64,000 nt of DNA from Chiloscyllium plagiosum (GCF_004010195.1 NC_057728.1:41075821-41139820), one strand, 5' to 3'. Shown: positions 52,075 to 63,562, counted from the stretch's first letter. The notes: generated by a model from the letters alone, not told the origin. Made by a program: numbers and translations.

Positions 52075-52415
52075 GGCACTGTTGTAATTTAGGGACGACA
52101 GCAAATTCCCATAATCACCATTGTGATAATTACTAGATATGTTTTACTTTTGTGATGAAGGGATTAAAATTAGCCAGGACACCAAAGATGATTCCTTTTC
52201 TTCTTTTGAAAATCGTGTGCATACATCCAAGCAGATAGCTGGGCCATCAGTTTAACAGCACACCGAAAAGGTGGCATTGCTGAGAGTATTGCACACAGTC
52301 TGTGCAGCAGAACTGTGTGGACTTTGATTTTTATGCTCGGGTCCTGGAAAAAGACCGGGACCTACAGCCTTGTGACTGTACAGGGTGTCACCAGCTAATC
52401 CACAGCTGGCACAAT
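52075..52415 (-). mobile_element. Deu-domain SINE with tRNA-like head, decayed
   Basis: gaagggattaaaattagccaggacacc...cttcttttgaaaat...gtttaacagcacaccgaaaagg is the reverse complement of the Deu core. Confidence 0.7.
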
Positions 52416-54452
52416 GGAACTTCGCTGTGTGTGAACTGGCTGCCATTTTTGCCTAAGCTACAATCTGTACTTCAAGGAGAATTCACTTTGTCCAGAGGAT
52501 CTAAGTAGGTGATACATAAATGAGAGTATATTATACCAGGCTATAATACCATCTATTTTAATGTTACTGATAGGCGTTTGCTTTGTGTAAGTTAATTCTA
52601 ACATCTTCCAAATTACAGTAGTGACTATGTTTCAAAGTAATAAAATGGTTTTAGCAAGCCCTGGGCTGTCATCTTCAGGTGGGGTGAGGTTTTATATAAA
52701 AGCAAGTCTATCAATTACAGTAACTTGCATATACATTTGTGGAGCAGCTTTCTCTCTCAAGTATGTTTTCTTACATTCATTGTCTGTCTGTCAGTCTCTC
52801 TCTCCCTCTATCAATATTGACATTATTTAGATTTTTATCTCTATTAATTTGCTGCTCTGTCTCTAGCAATGTGATTTATGTTAAATGGGACCCTCTACAT
52901 TAAATATGTTATTAACTTCGTTTGCACTATGAACTAGTAAACCCAAAATAAAGGACAATTTCTATATTTTATCAAATTCAAATTATGTTGCTGTTTAATG
53001 ATTCATGGACCAATTAGGAAGCTTGTTGCAACTATAATGTTAACACATCTGTGCTTGGAAATATGGCTAAGTGTTGAAGAAAGAACTTAAGTATAAAACT
53101 GATTATCGAAAACAGCATGCCTGTCGGCAAATCCATTAAGATTCATCAAAGATTATAGCACGAAAATTGCCTGACATGTCATTAAAATTACACCTATGGT
53201 CTTTCTCCCTGGTCTAAATGGACTCCCCTGCCCCCTTTTGAAGCATCTGGTGTCAAAGGTTTATATTCCTGACATGAACATTTAGAAAACACTGAATACA
53301 TACCAAATAATGGTGTAAACAGATTTGTATAATCATAGCTGTTCCATTAATGGGAGATGAGTGTAAATAAATGTGTTGCTAATGTTAAGGTTGATCCAAA
53401 TTAATTCATCCATCAAAAATGGATCATTCACTTAGATCACATTTAAGAAGGTTCACATATCATTGTGGCCTTACTGAACCTTCTCTGGTTACCTTGTGTG
53501 GATTGTGTAAATTGAGCCCTGGTGTGATTTTAAGTAAATTTCCTGTACTTCAGTCATGTGTGCCAGATTGGGGAGAGGAAGAAGGTAATGGGAAAAGTGA
53601 TAGAAAAATTCCTAAAATGTGTTCAGGAAAATATTGTGAATGTATTTTTAGCTTAATGAAGAACAAAGTGTTGCGAAGTCTAATTCAAGGAAGTGCAATG
53701 AATTGATGTACCATTCAGCTGGAGAATATCTGGATATTAATGATCACAATATAATTGGGTTTAAAATGGTCTGGAAAGAAAAATCAAATGCGGAATTATC
53801 CAAGTGGTAAAGAGCCAATATTCCAAAATTTGAAGAAAACCACCAGCACAATGCAGTAAATGACCAATGGCAGACCTTCGTTTGAAGGAAACATACGAAG
53901 ATAATTCAAGCATGTATTCCCACAAAGAATAGGAAATAGATTATCCAAAATGGGATCTCTCTTTTTGGAAAACAAAAGAAAGAGATTCAAGTAAAATTTG
54001 AGGGAAATAATTAACACATCAAGCACAACATTCAACCAAGAAACAGGCGGAAATGGAAGACTGAAAAAATATCAAAAAAACAAAAGAAGTGAATGAGTGG
54101 TGATAAGTATTTCACAAAAGAGTCATCCAAGAAACTTCTATAGAAACACAAAAAGTAAGATTAAACAGCTGAGCTGATTTAGGAACAGTAAAGATTACTT
54201 TGTCGAGGCAATATGACTAAGATGGTAATTGAGTACATTACATTTGGCTTCAATAACTTGTTGGAAATTACTTCCCAAAAATATGTTTGATGTTTTAGAT
54301 GATTACTCCTGCTATTGCTGTGAGTTCACCGTGGACATCCTATTGGAGATGGACAGAGGTCACACCTCCAAAAAGGGTCAGTTTCCAAAACATTAAATTG
54401 AGCTGAGCTCACTAAGTGAAAAAGGGCCTCAGAACTGTCCAAGTAAATTCCA

Positions 54453-54588
54453 CTCCCTGCCCCCTGATCTCTCCACCTCAGAGGCTCCCTTCCTTCATTC
54501 CTGATGAAGCGCTTTTGCCCGAAACATTGATTTTCCTGCACTTCCTCCTGCTTCTTGCTGAGCTTTTCCAGCACCACTCTAATCTAGA
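54453..54588 (+). mobile_element. Short PLE family 1 insertion with a hammerhead-like motif
   Basis: ctgatgaagcgcttttgcccgaaacatt at 54501-54528; TSD caagtaaattcca / caagtaaaatcca (54440-54452, 54589-54601). Confidence 0.82.
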
Positions 54589-55129
54589 CAAGTAAAATCC
54601 AACAATTGACTGGGCTGTAACTTCGTAGTTTTTTTTAAATTAGTTTTTCAGTTTAGAACAGCACCCCCAACCCCCTTACCTGATAATGCTTAATACTGGT
54701 TTCTACAGAAAAAAAGATTTTAATCCTGAAAATTGATAAAACAATATCCTTGATCAGGACATCATCTCTGTAGTTGGAATTGTGGCCTTAACATTCCCTC
54801 CCTCAATTACACTATCAATGTAAATGTATGGGTTAATGAAATGCAAACCAGCCTCCAGCAAAGAAAGAAAACAATTGGATTATTGATCACTGAAAGATTT
54901 CCATGAATGTGAAAATATGATCATTAAGGCTGATGAAATTTTAAATTATCTCCAGAGCATTTAAATTGTCAGGAATACTTCTAATCTCACAAAGCATTGA
55001 TGAAACCACTTGTTTGGAGTGTTCTTTTCCTAATTAACTGATATTGTAAGCTATTCTCTTCACTTGGGCTATGTTTCTCATCTGCCTCCTGCAGGGCACC
55101 CCTTACAAATCTGCTGTTATCCAAATAGC

Positions 55130-56050
55130 TACTAACTGATTTCCTGCTCCTTCTGAAAGATGTTTGGAAGAAGTTATCATTTCTCAAATCTGTCCATCTT
55201 TGTCACAGCCTCTAGGCTTGTAATTTTGCAATCAGATTTGTCCTTGTCAGAAAGTTGGTATGGTGCTAACCAAGTCACATGCAATGTATTCACTGTGAAC
55301 ATTGATGCCTCTATGCTCCTTTTTACCACTCTTCCTGCATTGCTGTGCTGGGTGGGACTGCCTTCCCTGTATCTGGTCAATTTGGAATCTGACCATGGCA
55401 TTCCCTTCCACTCCTGCACTGATGCCACTGGTATTCCCCAAAGATCCATCATTCGTCCCATTCTGTTTCTCATCTCCAGATTGTCCTGAGCGATATCATC
55501 TGAAAATACAGAAGTATTCAAGGGTATAATGCTGACACTCTGCTCTACTCCTCCATCTCTGATCTTATTTCCTTATTTAAATATGGTGTCCTATATTCCC
55601 TACCCTACCCTACAACAAACATTTTTTGCAATCCACACCTGAGTTACAAAAAGTTCAAAGTTTGTGTGAAGATTATTTGTTGCTGTCTATGTCCGAGCTT
55701 GCACTACAACATCCTCCACTCCCTCATCCCTCCTGCATTGGCTGTGGGTCACCACAATTTATATTTTCTCTTCCAATCTTTTTGACTTCATTCCTACCTA
55801 TTTCTGTAACGTTCTCTAATCTGCCAACCTTCTAATAACACTGTATTGCTCCAACTCTAATCTCTTGTGCACTCCTCACTGTGCTTGCCTTACCAATAAA
55901 GTGTGTGCCTGCCTCTGTCCGGTTAAGAATTTTATCCCTGAACATGTCGACTTGTCCACCTACCAAAACCTTTTTGAATGGATCCATTTTTTCAGTCACC
56001 CAGTTTAATAGCCTAGAAGTGACTGGAGTGATGTGTCTTGCAGAGTTATT
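55130..56050 (+). mobile_element. Decayed L2-clade LINE RT-to-3' fragment
   Basis: ORF 55160.. TGIPQRSIIRPILFLI (GVPQGSILGPLLF-like); tataatgctgacactctgctctac (YADDTQLY-like). Confidence 0.65.
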
Positions 56051-56791
56051 TGAATCCAATTTGTTTCTAACCTAATTTTTGTGCTGCCAGTTTCACTGAA
56101 AGGCACACTGAGAATTGACATCAACATGGTATTCAGAACCTCCGGTTCAACTTTCTCTCCTTTTAGATTGTATTTGTGTCTCTAATCAATGATGGAAAAG
56201 GAAACTGGGTGAATTAGCTAAATTGCATTAGGTAATGCAGAGAATAAAAGAGAAGGATAAGAAAATAAGTAAAACTTTAAATTTAAAGTACCACAAGGAG
56301 CAATTTACTATTTGCAATAATGCGATTGTTTCCAGTCTGAGCCTGCAACTGGCAAACCAGTTGGGATAGTACATCACATCAGCAATTCACACGGTAAGGG
56401 TAATGTTAATCAGCCCTAAATAGCTGCAGTGATAGTAATTATCATAACTGGTTTATGGTTGGAATGGACAGTTTTTTTCAAAGCTAACAACAACCAACCA
56501 GCAAACTATGAAAGATGTGTCCCATCATTTGAAATTGTTGAGATGTTTTGCATACTATTTTATAGTTATTTTACCTTCAGTTTCTGGGTCACTTTGTATT
56601 AGGAAGTGTCTTTGGGATCATTTTGAGTACAAACCTTCTGAACTTGCTTATCATGGAGCCCCTCAAGCCGCTTCTAAACAATTACAACACAACGTACAAA
56701 ACCCAAGTCCTATAAATTGGAAAGCATTTATGACATCGCTCTTTTTCTCTTGTTAATTAAAAAATCCCAGGTCATTGTAAACTCAGCTCGG

Positions 56792-56985
56792 ATTAGAGCC
56801 TGGATGTCCTTGGAGAAGGAGCACGCGGTGTTGACCAACACCCTGGAGTGGTTCAGGGAGAGGTGGGCGCCGCAGGGAGTGGAGTGCATCTCTTTCACTG
56901 TGTCTCACACCTGCACATACACACCATGGGTGCTGGGGATAAAATAAGCACTACCGCACTTAGGCGGTAGTGTGGGGGTTAAAAA
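56792..56985 (+). mobile_element. Young 5'-truncated Tx1/L1-clade insertion (ORF2 end, 3' hairpin, A-tail)
   Basis: RIRAWMSLEKEHAVLTNTLEWFRERWAPQGVECI in ORF 56717..; perfect 13-bp TSD aaactcagctcgg at 56779-56791 and 56986-56998. Confidence 0.85.
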
Positions 56986-57479
56986 AAACTCAGCTCGGTT
57001 GGAAATGTGACTGGATTCAATTAATTGCCCATCTTTCATCCTATGCGACGTTATTCTATTTGTGCCAATTAAAAATCAGATCAGGCTCTGTGTAAAATGG
57101 CTGACTGAATCAATGGTGTTAGTTCTCTGCAGCTCGGGTAAGTTAATACTGCATATGCTAGAAATCTTAAATGAAGATAGAAAATACCTAACAGCATCTG
57201 TGTAGAGAAACCAGGTTAATGTTTTGGGTTTACTGAGCTATTCCCCTCTGTCTCATTCTGTTTTCTTCAGTAGCCAATTAAAATTCCTGCTCCCCTTCCT
57301 GTTTTGCTCATTCTCAACCAATTTGAGAGTTACTTATGTAAAAGGTAACTGATATTTCTTCTAGCTCCTCCCCTTTGGTATTAATTCAGTGATGATGTGG
57401 AACATGTGAAACCACTTGCACACAAGTTTGGAATGAACTAGTTCAATTTTACATAAAACTTAACAATGACAAAATTGTT

Positions 57480-57750
57480 GCACTAGTAATTGGAGATCTT
57501 AGCTAATGTTCTGAGGATGTCAGTTCAAATCCTACCTCAAGAGCCGTTGAAATTTGAATTCAGGGAATAAGTATGGAGTATGGTGACCGTGACAACTATC
57601 AGGTTCACTAATTTCCTTTAATGAAATCTGCTCATCAGGCTTACCTGTGCCTCCAGACGTATAGCGATGTACTGTCTTTACTGCCTTCGGACATGGCCGT
57701 GCAAATGACTCCGTTTAAGGGCCATTGTGCATGTGCAAATGAATATCCAG
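57480..57750 (+). mobile_element. Family B SINE, decayed
   Basis: cactagtaat..gctaatgttctgaggatgtcagttcaaatcc; ggttcactaatttccttta. Confidence 0.65.
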
Positions 57751-58379
57751 CTTACCTGCAAAGTCAATACTGTCAAAACAAACCAAAAATCTTTCCAGAC
57801 GAGATTCCTTCCCGCCTGTTGTGTGTTTTTATGAAGAACTATATTCATGAAGTCTCACACCTGCTCTTTCCACATGCCACTTTTCCGTTTATTTCTATAT
57901 CTCTATGAAAGGTACTGTTTCTAATATGTTGACCAATGTACCCGATTGTTCCCATTATACCACTGATGTAAACGGTGGACCATCATTTTCTTCACGCCAT
58001 TCCATAGACCAAGCTGTTAACATGTTCTGACAATCTTTTTTCTTTGGGAAGATTGGGGCATTAATGAATGATTTATGAGGCAGACAGCAGGAACAAAGGG
58101 AGGGCAAAGTTACCTGCCTTCGATCATAGGAGTGCAGTCGAATAAAGAGAAATCTGATTTTGTGAGCAGAATCATTAGCTGCAAGATAGCGGAAGCAAGT
58201 AAACAGCGGTTTTATTTTCTTCCCTGGGGCATGCTGGCCGTTGGTCCGATCTGAAAATGTTCAAAATCACGGTTGGCTTTCATCTACCTACTGAAGTAAT
58301 GCACTTGGATTCCTGCCTTTGATGCTGGGTTCATTCTTATTCACTGGGTCGCTTAGCATATCTAGCTTTTAGTTTAGAC

Positions 58380-59175
58380 GCGCTCACCAGGTACGAAATG
58401 GGCTAATGATATCTGCCCGGCTCCGGAGTTGTGAGTGTTAAGAGACCGAGCGGTGCAGATTTGTGTATCATCCAGCCAGGACTGCTGGCTTGGCGATATC
58501 TGACCGATCTCCGAGCGGGAGCGGAAGCTGCTGACTGAATATTGACTGGGCGAGCTGAGCAGCTTTCCCTTGCAGGCTTTTGGGGTTACCTTGGGAGAGG
58601 CTCGTCTCTGCCAGTGGAATTGCTAGCAATACGAGATGATTGGTTTGTGACTCCTGTGGGTTGCACATTTTTTAAAAAAAAACCAGGGGGCAATTCTTTA
58701 CTGTTCAGGTTCTAATTGCCTTTCACCTTTCTGGCGTTTTCCTTTTCCTCAATGATCGTTAGACATTGTTGAAATACACCGAGCCGCCCAGGCCGCGGTT
58801 TTTCTGAAGAGTGCACTGCTTAAAAGGGGAAAAGTGTGAACAGGGAAACTGTGGTGCAGCTTCACACAAGTAAACTCCGCTTCGCCTCCCGGGGAGGCTG
58901 GGTTGTGCGAGAAAGCGAGCCCGCACCTTCTCGCCCGTATTGATGTGCTGCTGTTGCATCAAGCAGGTAGCAATGTGAATGACAAAGAGCTGCCAGATGA
59001 CAAGGAGCTGAGCGGTGCATCAGCCAAGTGGAATTAAGCCGTCACTCCCCCGCTGGGAGCCGGCTTGCTTTCCCCGCGCCGTGCGAAGAACAAAGAGACT
59101 TCTGCTGCATTCCCGGGAGCAGAGCTTTGAATACACTCGGCTGCTATCAAAAAACAAACAAACAAACCCCTAAGA
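58380..59175 (+). promoter_or_regulatory. CpG-rich promoter / 5'UTR of the GRIP first coding exon
   Basis: Repeat-free; visibly the highest CpG density outside young repeats (ccgagcgggagcgg, gccgcgg, ccccgcgccgtgcg); lies directly 5' of the ATG. Confidence 0.7.
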
Positions 59176-59230
59176 ATGATAGCTGTCTCATTCAAATGCC
59201 GTTGTCAGATTCTGCGGAGGGCTGCTAAAG
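59176..59230 (+). CDS. GRIP1: First coding exon of glutamate receptor-interacting protein (GRIP1a-type N-terminus); remaining exons lie beyond the window
   Basis: ATGATAGCTGTC...GCTAAAG then gtattg: MIAVSFKCRCQILRRAAK plus a phase-1 G, versus the recalled mammalian GRIP1 start MIAVSFKCRCQILRRLTKD; A at -3; GT donor at 59231. Paralog GRIP2 not fully excluded. Confidence 0.88.
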
Positions 59231-60344
59231 GTATTGTAGGTTCTTTCAGAAAGTCTCGGCATTGTTTTCCTTTTTTTTAAAACAGCAAGCATATGAAGGA
59301 GCATCACTGAAGTATTCATTTATGCTCAGGGTGTTTGGCATTAAAATGTGATGCTGCACTCTCCGTGGAGTGGCAGGCAAACGGCCTCAATCTGTCCTCC
59401 GCTTCTCTCCTACCAAACACTTCAACTGATTAGAACAGGGGAACGATTTTCCTTCACCGTGTAATATCGCTGTTCTTGAAAGGAGTCGGGTCATTGAAGT
59501 GTCTATATCTATGATGGTGTTTTTTATTATGCTTATTATATATGCTGAAGGATGGGGCAGTTTGTTGATGTCCACTTGAGTTTTACTACTTGCCTCTGCA
59601 ACGTACTTTTATCTTGTTTCACTAAATTTTAAGTTTTTGGAAGCAATGGCGGGATGCCAGTAGAAACTTTATACATCTGGTTTATTTGAGAGTTCAATGA
59701 TTGTGACTATGTGCTTTTTACTTGTGCTTACATTCGTAATACTTTAGAACAAAAAGAACCCTGTCATTGCTTATTTAGCACTGTACTGCATGGAAAAATT
59801 GCTGCAGTTAGTCTACATTGTGCAACATATTCTGCATTCTGGCATTAGTGCAGCTGGTAGAAGCCCTATCGATACTTTAATGGAATCTATTTGTATCAAC
59901 GTGGCTTTGCAGGTCAGATTTCTCTGATTAACCGTTGATACCACTGATAATGCAATTAATACCTCATTTTCAAAAATCTTAAGACCCTTGCCTGGTCTTG
60001 TGTGATCCACTAGAGGACAGCCTATCAAACGCTTGGGAAACTATTAAGCCTGCATTAATAGAAGGAATAATTTTATGTACTGGACTGGACGAATTAACTT
60101 TTTTTGGTCAAATGAATTTATATGAAAATTACCAATAAAGTCATATTGTTATCTTAAAATTTATTGTCTAGCCACTCTAGTATTTTAACTTTTAACATTC
60201 ATCATTACTGCTGAAAAAGCTGTTAAAATTTTATCATCATTTTGTTGTCCTGCATAATTCATTGCTGTCTTGGGGAGGAGACCTCTCTTGGAAGTGCTCT
60301 TTCTTGCTGAGTACCTCAATACTCTCCCCCTTTGCAAGTCACAT

Positions 60345-60471
60345 GAATGGGACATTCCTGTGGACTTCAAATACATTGCAGAACCAAGTATGCACTCTAC
60401 GCCAGCAGTAACATTGTCACCAAATGGCAAGTGGCTGGCATGTCAATCAACGGACAATCAAATTCTCATTT
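60345..60471 (+). pseudogene. CDC40: Isolated fragment of CDC40/PRP17 (WD40 splicing factor)
   Basis: [42 protein letters not shown] versus recalled vertebrate [42 protein letters not shown]; homology starts and stops abruptly and no other CDC40 exons are seen. Confidence 0.85.
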
Positions 60472-60495
60472 GTAATTCATGTGTCTTGCAAAGAA

Positions 60496-60990
60496 ACTGG
60501 AATACTGCGTCCAGTTCTGGTCGCCCTATTATAAGAAAGATGTGGATGCTTTGGAGCGGGTTTAGAGGAGGTTTACCAGGATGCTGCCTGGACTGGGGGG
60601 CTTATCTTATGAGGAGAGGTTGACTGAGCTTGGACGTTTTTCATTGGAGAAAAGGAGGAGAAGAGGGGACCTAATTCAGGTATACAAGATAATGAGAGGC
60701 GTAGATAGAGTCGATAGCCAGAGACTATTTCCCAGGGCAGAAATGGCTAACACGAGGGGTCATAGTTTAAGCTGGTTGGAGGAAAGTATAGAGGGGATGT
60801 CAGAGGCAGGTTCTTTACACAGAGTTGTGCCAGCAGCAGTTGTGGAGGCAGGGTCATTGGGGACATTTAAGAGACTCCTGGACATGCATATGGTCACAGA
60901 AATTTGAGGGTGCATACATGAGGATCAGTGGTCGGCACAACATCGTGGGCTGAAGGGCCTGTTCTGTGCTGTACTGTTCTATGTTCTATG
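60496..60990 (+). mobile_element. CR1 3' fragment (distinct, relatively intact subfamily)
   Basis: ORF 60581.. [38 protein letters not shown]; tail gggctgaagggcctgttctgtgctgtactgttctatgttctatg. Confidence 0.93.
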
Positions 60991-61184
60991 TTTAAACCAT
61001 TTGACAATCTTCAGCCCAGTTTGGTAGTAATTGGGAATGGAAGCCTTTGGTAATTTTTTTTTCAGTTCACAGCCTGTGCTGAAGATTTGGGGGGAAAAAA
61101 GCTTTTATTTATTGAAGAGCTAAGTCACTTCATGAATTACACTTTATGTACTGATGTATATGCAATATTAGGAACACTGGGGAT

Positions 61185-62495
61185 TGAACACCGGAATGAA
61201 CTCTTCAGCCCACAAAGTTGTGCAGAAAGTGACACCAAATTAAACTAATCCTTTCTGCCTGCCATTGGTCCACATCCCTCCATTCTTGCATATTTATGTG
61301 CCTATTTAAAAGTCCCTTTTAAATGCTGCTAGCATATCTGCCTCCAGCATGTTCCACACTCCTACCATTCTGTTTTTAAAAAAAAAAATTGGCCCTCACA
61401 CCTCCCTTGAGCTTCTCCCTCTTGCCTTAAATGCATGCCCCCTAATTTTAGAAAGTTCAATTCTTGGGTAAAAGATTCTGACCATTGACCCTATCTATGT
61501 ATCTCATAATTTTAGAAACTTCTTTCAAGTCTCATCTGAACCTCCGCCAATCCAAGGAAAGCAACCCAAGTTTTTCTAGTCTCTCCTTATAGTTCATACC
61601 CTCCACTCCAGGCAACATCCTGGTAAACCTCTTCTGCATCCTCTCCAAAGCCTCCACATCCTTCCTATCATGTGGTGACCAGAATTGAATGCAATACTTT
61701 AAAGTGTGGCCAAATCAAAATCTTTTAAAGCTGCAACATGACATCCTGACTCTTGTAGGAGAAAGTGAGGGCTGGAGATTAGAGTCGAGAATGTGGTGCT
61801 GGAAAAGCACAGCAGGTTGGGCAGCATCCAAGGAGCAGGAGAATCGACATTTGAAAGTCCTCTATCGGGCATGAATCCTGACTCTTGTACTCAGTTCCCT
61901 GACCAATAAAGGCAAGCATGCCATTTGCCACCTTTACCACCCAACCTACTTGCATGGCCACTTTCAAGGAGCAATGGACTTGAACCCTAAGATCCCTCTG
62001 TACATTAATGCTGTTCAGGGCCCTGCCATTAACTGTATACACTTCCTTAACATTTGATCTCCCAATGTGCAACACTTCACACTTCGCTGATTAAACTCTC
62101 CATCTGCAGTTTCTCCGTCCATACCTGCAACTGATCTATATCTCGCTGTATCCTTTGACAATCTTCTACAGTATCCACAACTTTTCTGATGTTTGTATCA
62201 TCGGCAAACTAACCCACCCATCTATTTTTTCATTTAAGTCCTATCACAAACAGCAGAGGTCCCAGTATGGATCCCTGTGGAACTCCACTAGTCACGGACC
62301 TCCAGCCTGAAAAGCACCCTTCCACCACTACCCTCTGCCTTCTATGGGCAAGCCAATTCTGAATCCATGCAGCCATTTTAATCTTCTGGATGAGCCTCCC
62401 ATGAGGGATCTTGCCAAAAGCCTTACTAAACAGCACGTAGACAGCACCCACTGCTCTACCCTCATCGATCACCTTTGTCACTTCGTCAAAAAAAT
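61185..62495 (-). mobile_element. CR1 LINE RT-to-3' fragment with a nested PLE terminus
   Basis: ORF 62230..62499 FFDEVTKVIDEG...FSKAF...VTSGVPQGSILGPLLFVI; ORF 61779..62075. Confidence 0.92.
61758..61874 (-). mobile_element. Short PLE family 1 insertion in CR1
   Basis: Perfect 15-bp TSD atcctgactcttgta at 61743-61757 and 61875-61889; ggagaaagtgagg..gtggtgctggaaaagcacagcagg. Confidence 0.88.
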
Positions 62496-63280
62496 TCAAT
62501 CAAGTACTGAAGTAGACCATTCAGCCTCTGTCACTTTCATTTCCCTCCAATCCTCTTAAAATCTTCACCTAACAAATGTCTGCCTAACTTGCTTTTAAGA
62601 GTTTAAGCATTTATCCTAACATTCACAGCTTTTTTGGCAACAAGTCTTCCACAATTTTCAATTTCCTTCATCCTGGAAAATACTTCCTGACTCCACTCTG
62701 CACGACCGTGCACGTCTCTGCAAGTGTTCTCTCATTTTCCCCACCACAGGGACTAGTCTCTCTTCGCTTTTATCTATTCCTGCCAAATCCAGTGCAATAT
62801 TTTACGAACACAAGACTGTCAGCATGTACTGAAGAGAAGCCAACTTGCACTTTGGTTAAAATGGATCCTGTTGGAAGTTCACTCTGCATGTGTTTGCATT
62901 AATATATTAGCTGAAGACCGTTCACATGCACCCCATGATCTCACAGCTCACCAAGAAATAGAACCTGTTTTACTGTCTGATTTTACACTCCTCCACATTG
63001 ATGCAGCTAACCTGTGAGCTAGTGACTGATTAATTTTGAAGTAGACACAAAAAAAGCTATATTGTCTCGGAAATCTGCCTAGCATCAAAGCTATATAGAA
63101 TCTTTTCCATGACCCATTCTTGAGTCAAAAGCAGGTTGAGGATTGGTATTGCAGTCGTGCTCATTTCTGCCTCATTTGAAGATCATGTGCAAGTTATTTT
63201 GCCTGAAGATCAGCTTTCTCGATTACGTCTTGCTTTTAAAGATTTTATGTTGAAGAACTAGTAGTAAGTTTGTAATAAAA

Positions 63281-63562
63281 CTCGGTGTCTCAGTGGTTAG
63301 CACTGCGGCCTCACACACCAGGGTCCCAGGTTCGATTCCAACTTCGGAATGTGGAGTTTGCACATTCTCCCCGTGTCTGCGTGGGTTTCCTCCCACAGTC
63401 CCAAAGATGTGCAGGTTAGGTGAATTGGCCATGCTAAATTGCCCATAGTGTTAGGTGCATTAGTCAGAGGGAAATGGGTTTAGGTGGGTTACACTTCGGA
63501 GGGTCGGAGTGGACGCGTTGGGCCGAAGGGCCTGTTTCCACACTGTAGGGAATCTACTCTAA
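63281..63562 (+). mobile_element. HE1-type V-SINE
   Basis: ctcagtggttagcactgc (A-box), ggttcgattcc (B-box), V-domain, tail gggccgaagggcctgtttccacactgtagg. Confidence 0.93.

Noticed and set aside
53560..54250. Possible very old CR1 endonuclease remnant (gatcacaatataatt, DHNII-like)
   Set aside because: Too decayed to delimit or assign confidently by eye.
59000..59375. REST/RE1 silencer motifs near the GRIP exon (ggagctgagcggtgc; gcactctccgtggagtg)
   Set aside because: Only partial half-site matches with wrong spacing; not supportable without a motif scan.
60270..60623. 117-aa ORF as a functional CDC40-CR1 fusion protein
   Set aside because: It starts at TTG, holds only a partial WD40 segment, reads the CR1 part out of frame, and has no convincing splice sites at the homology boundaries.
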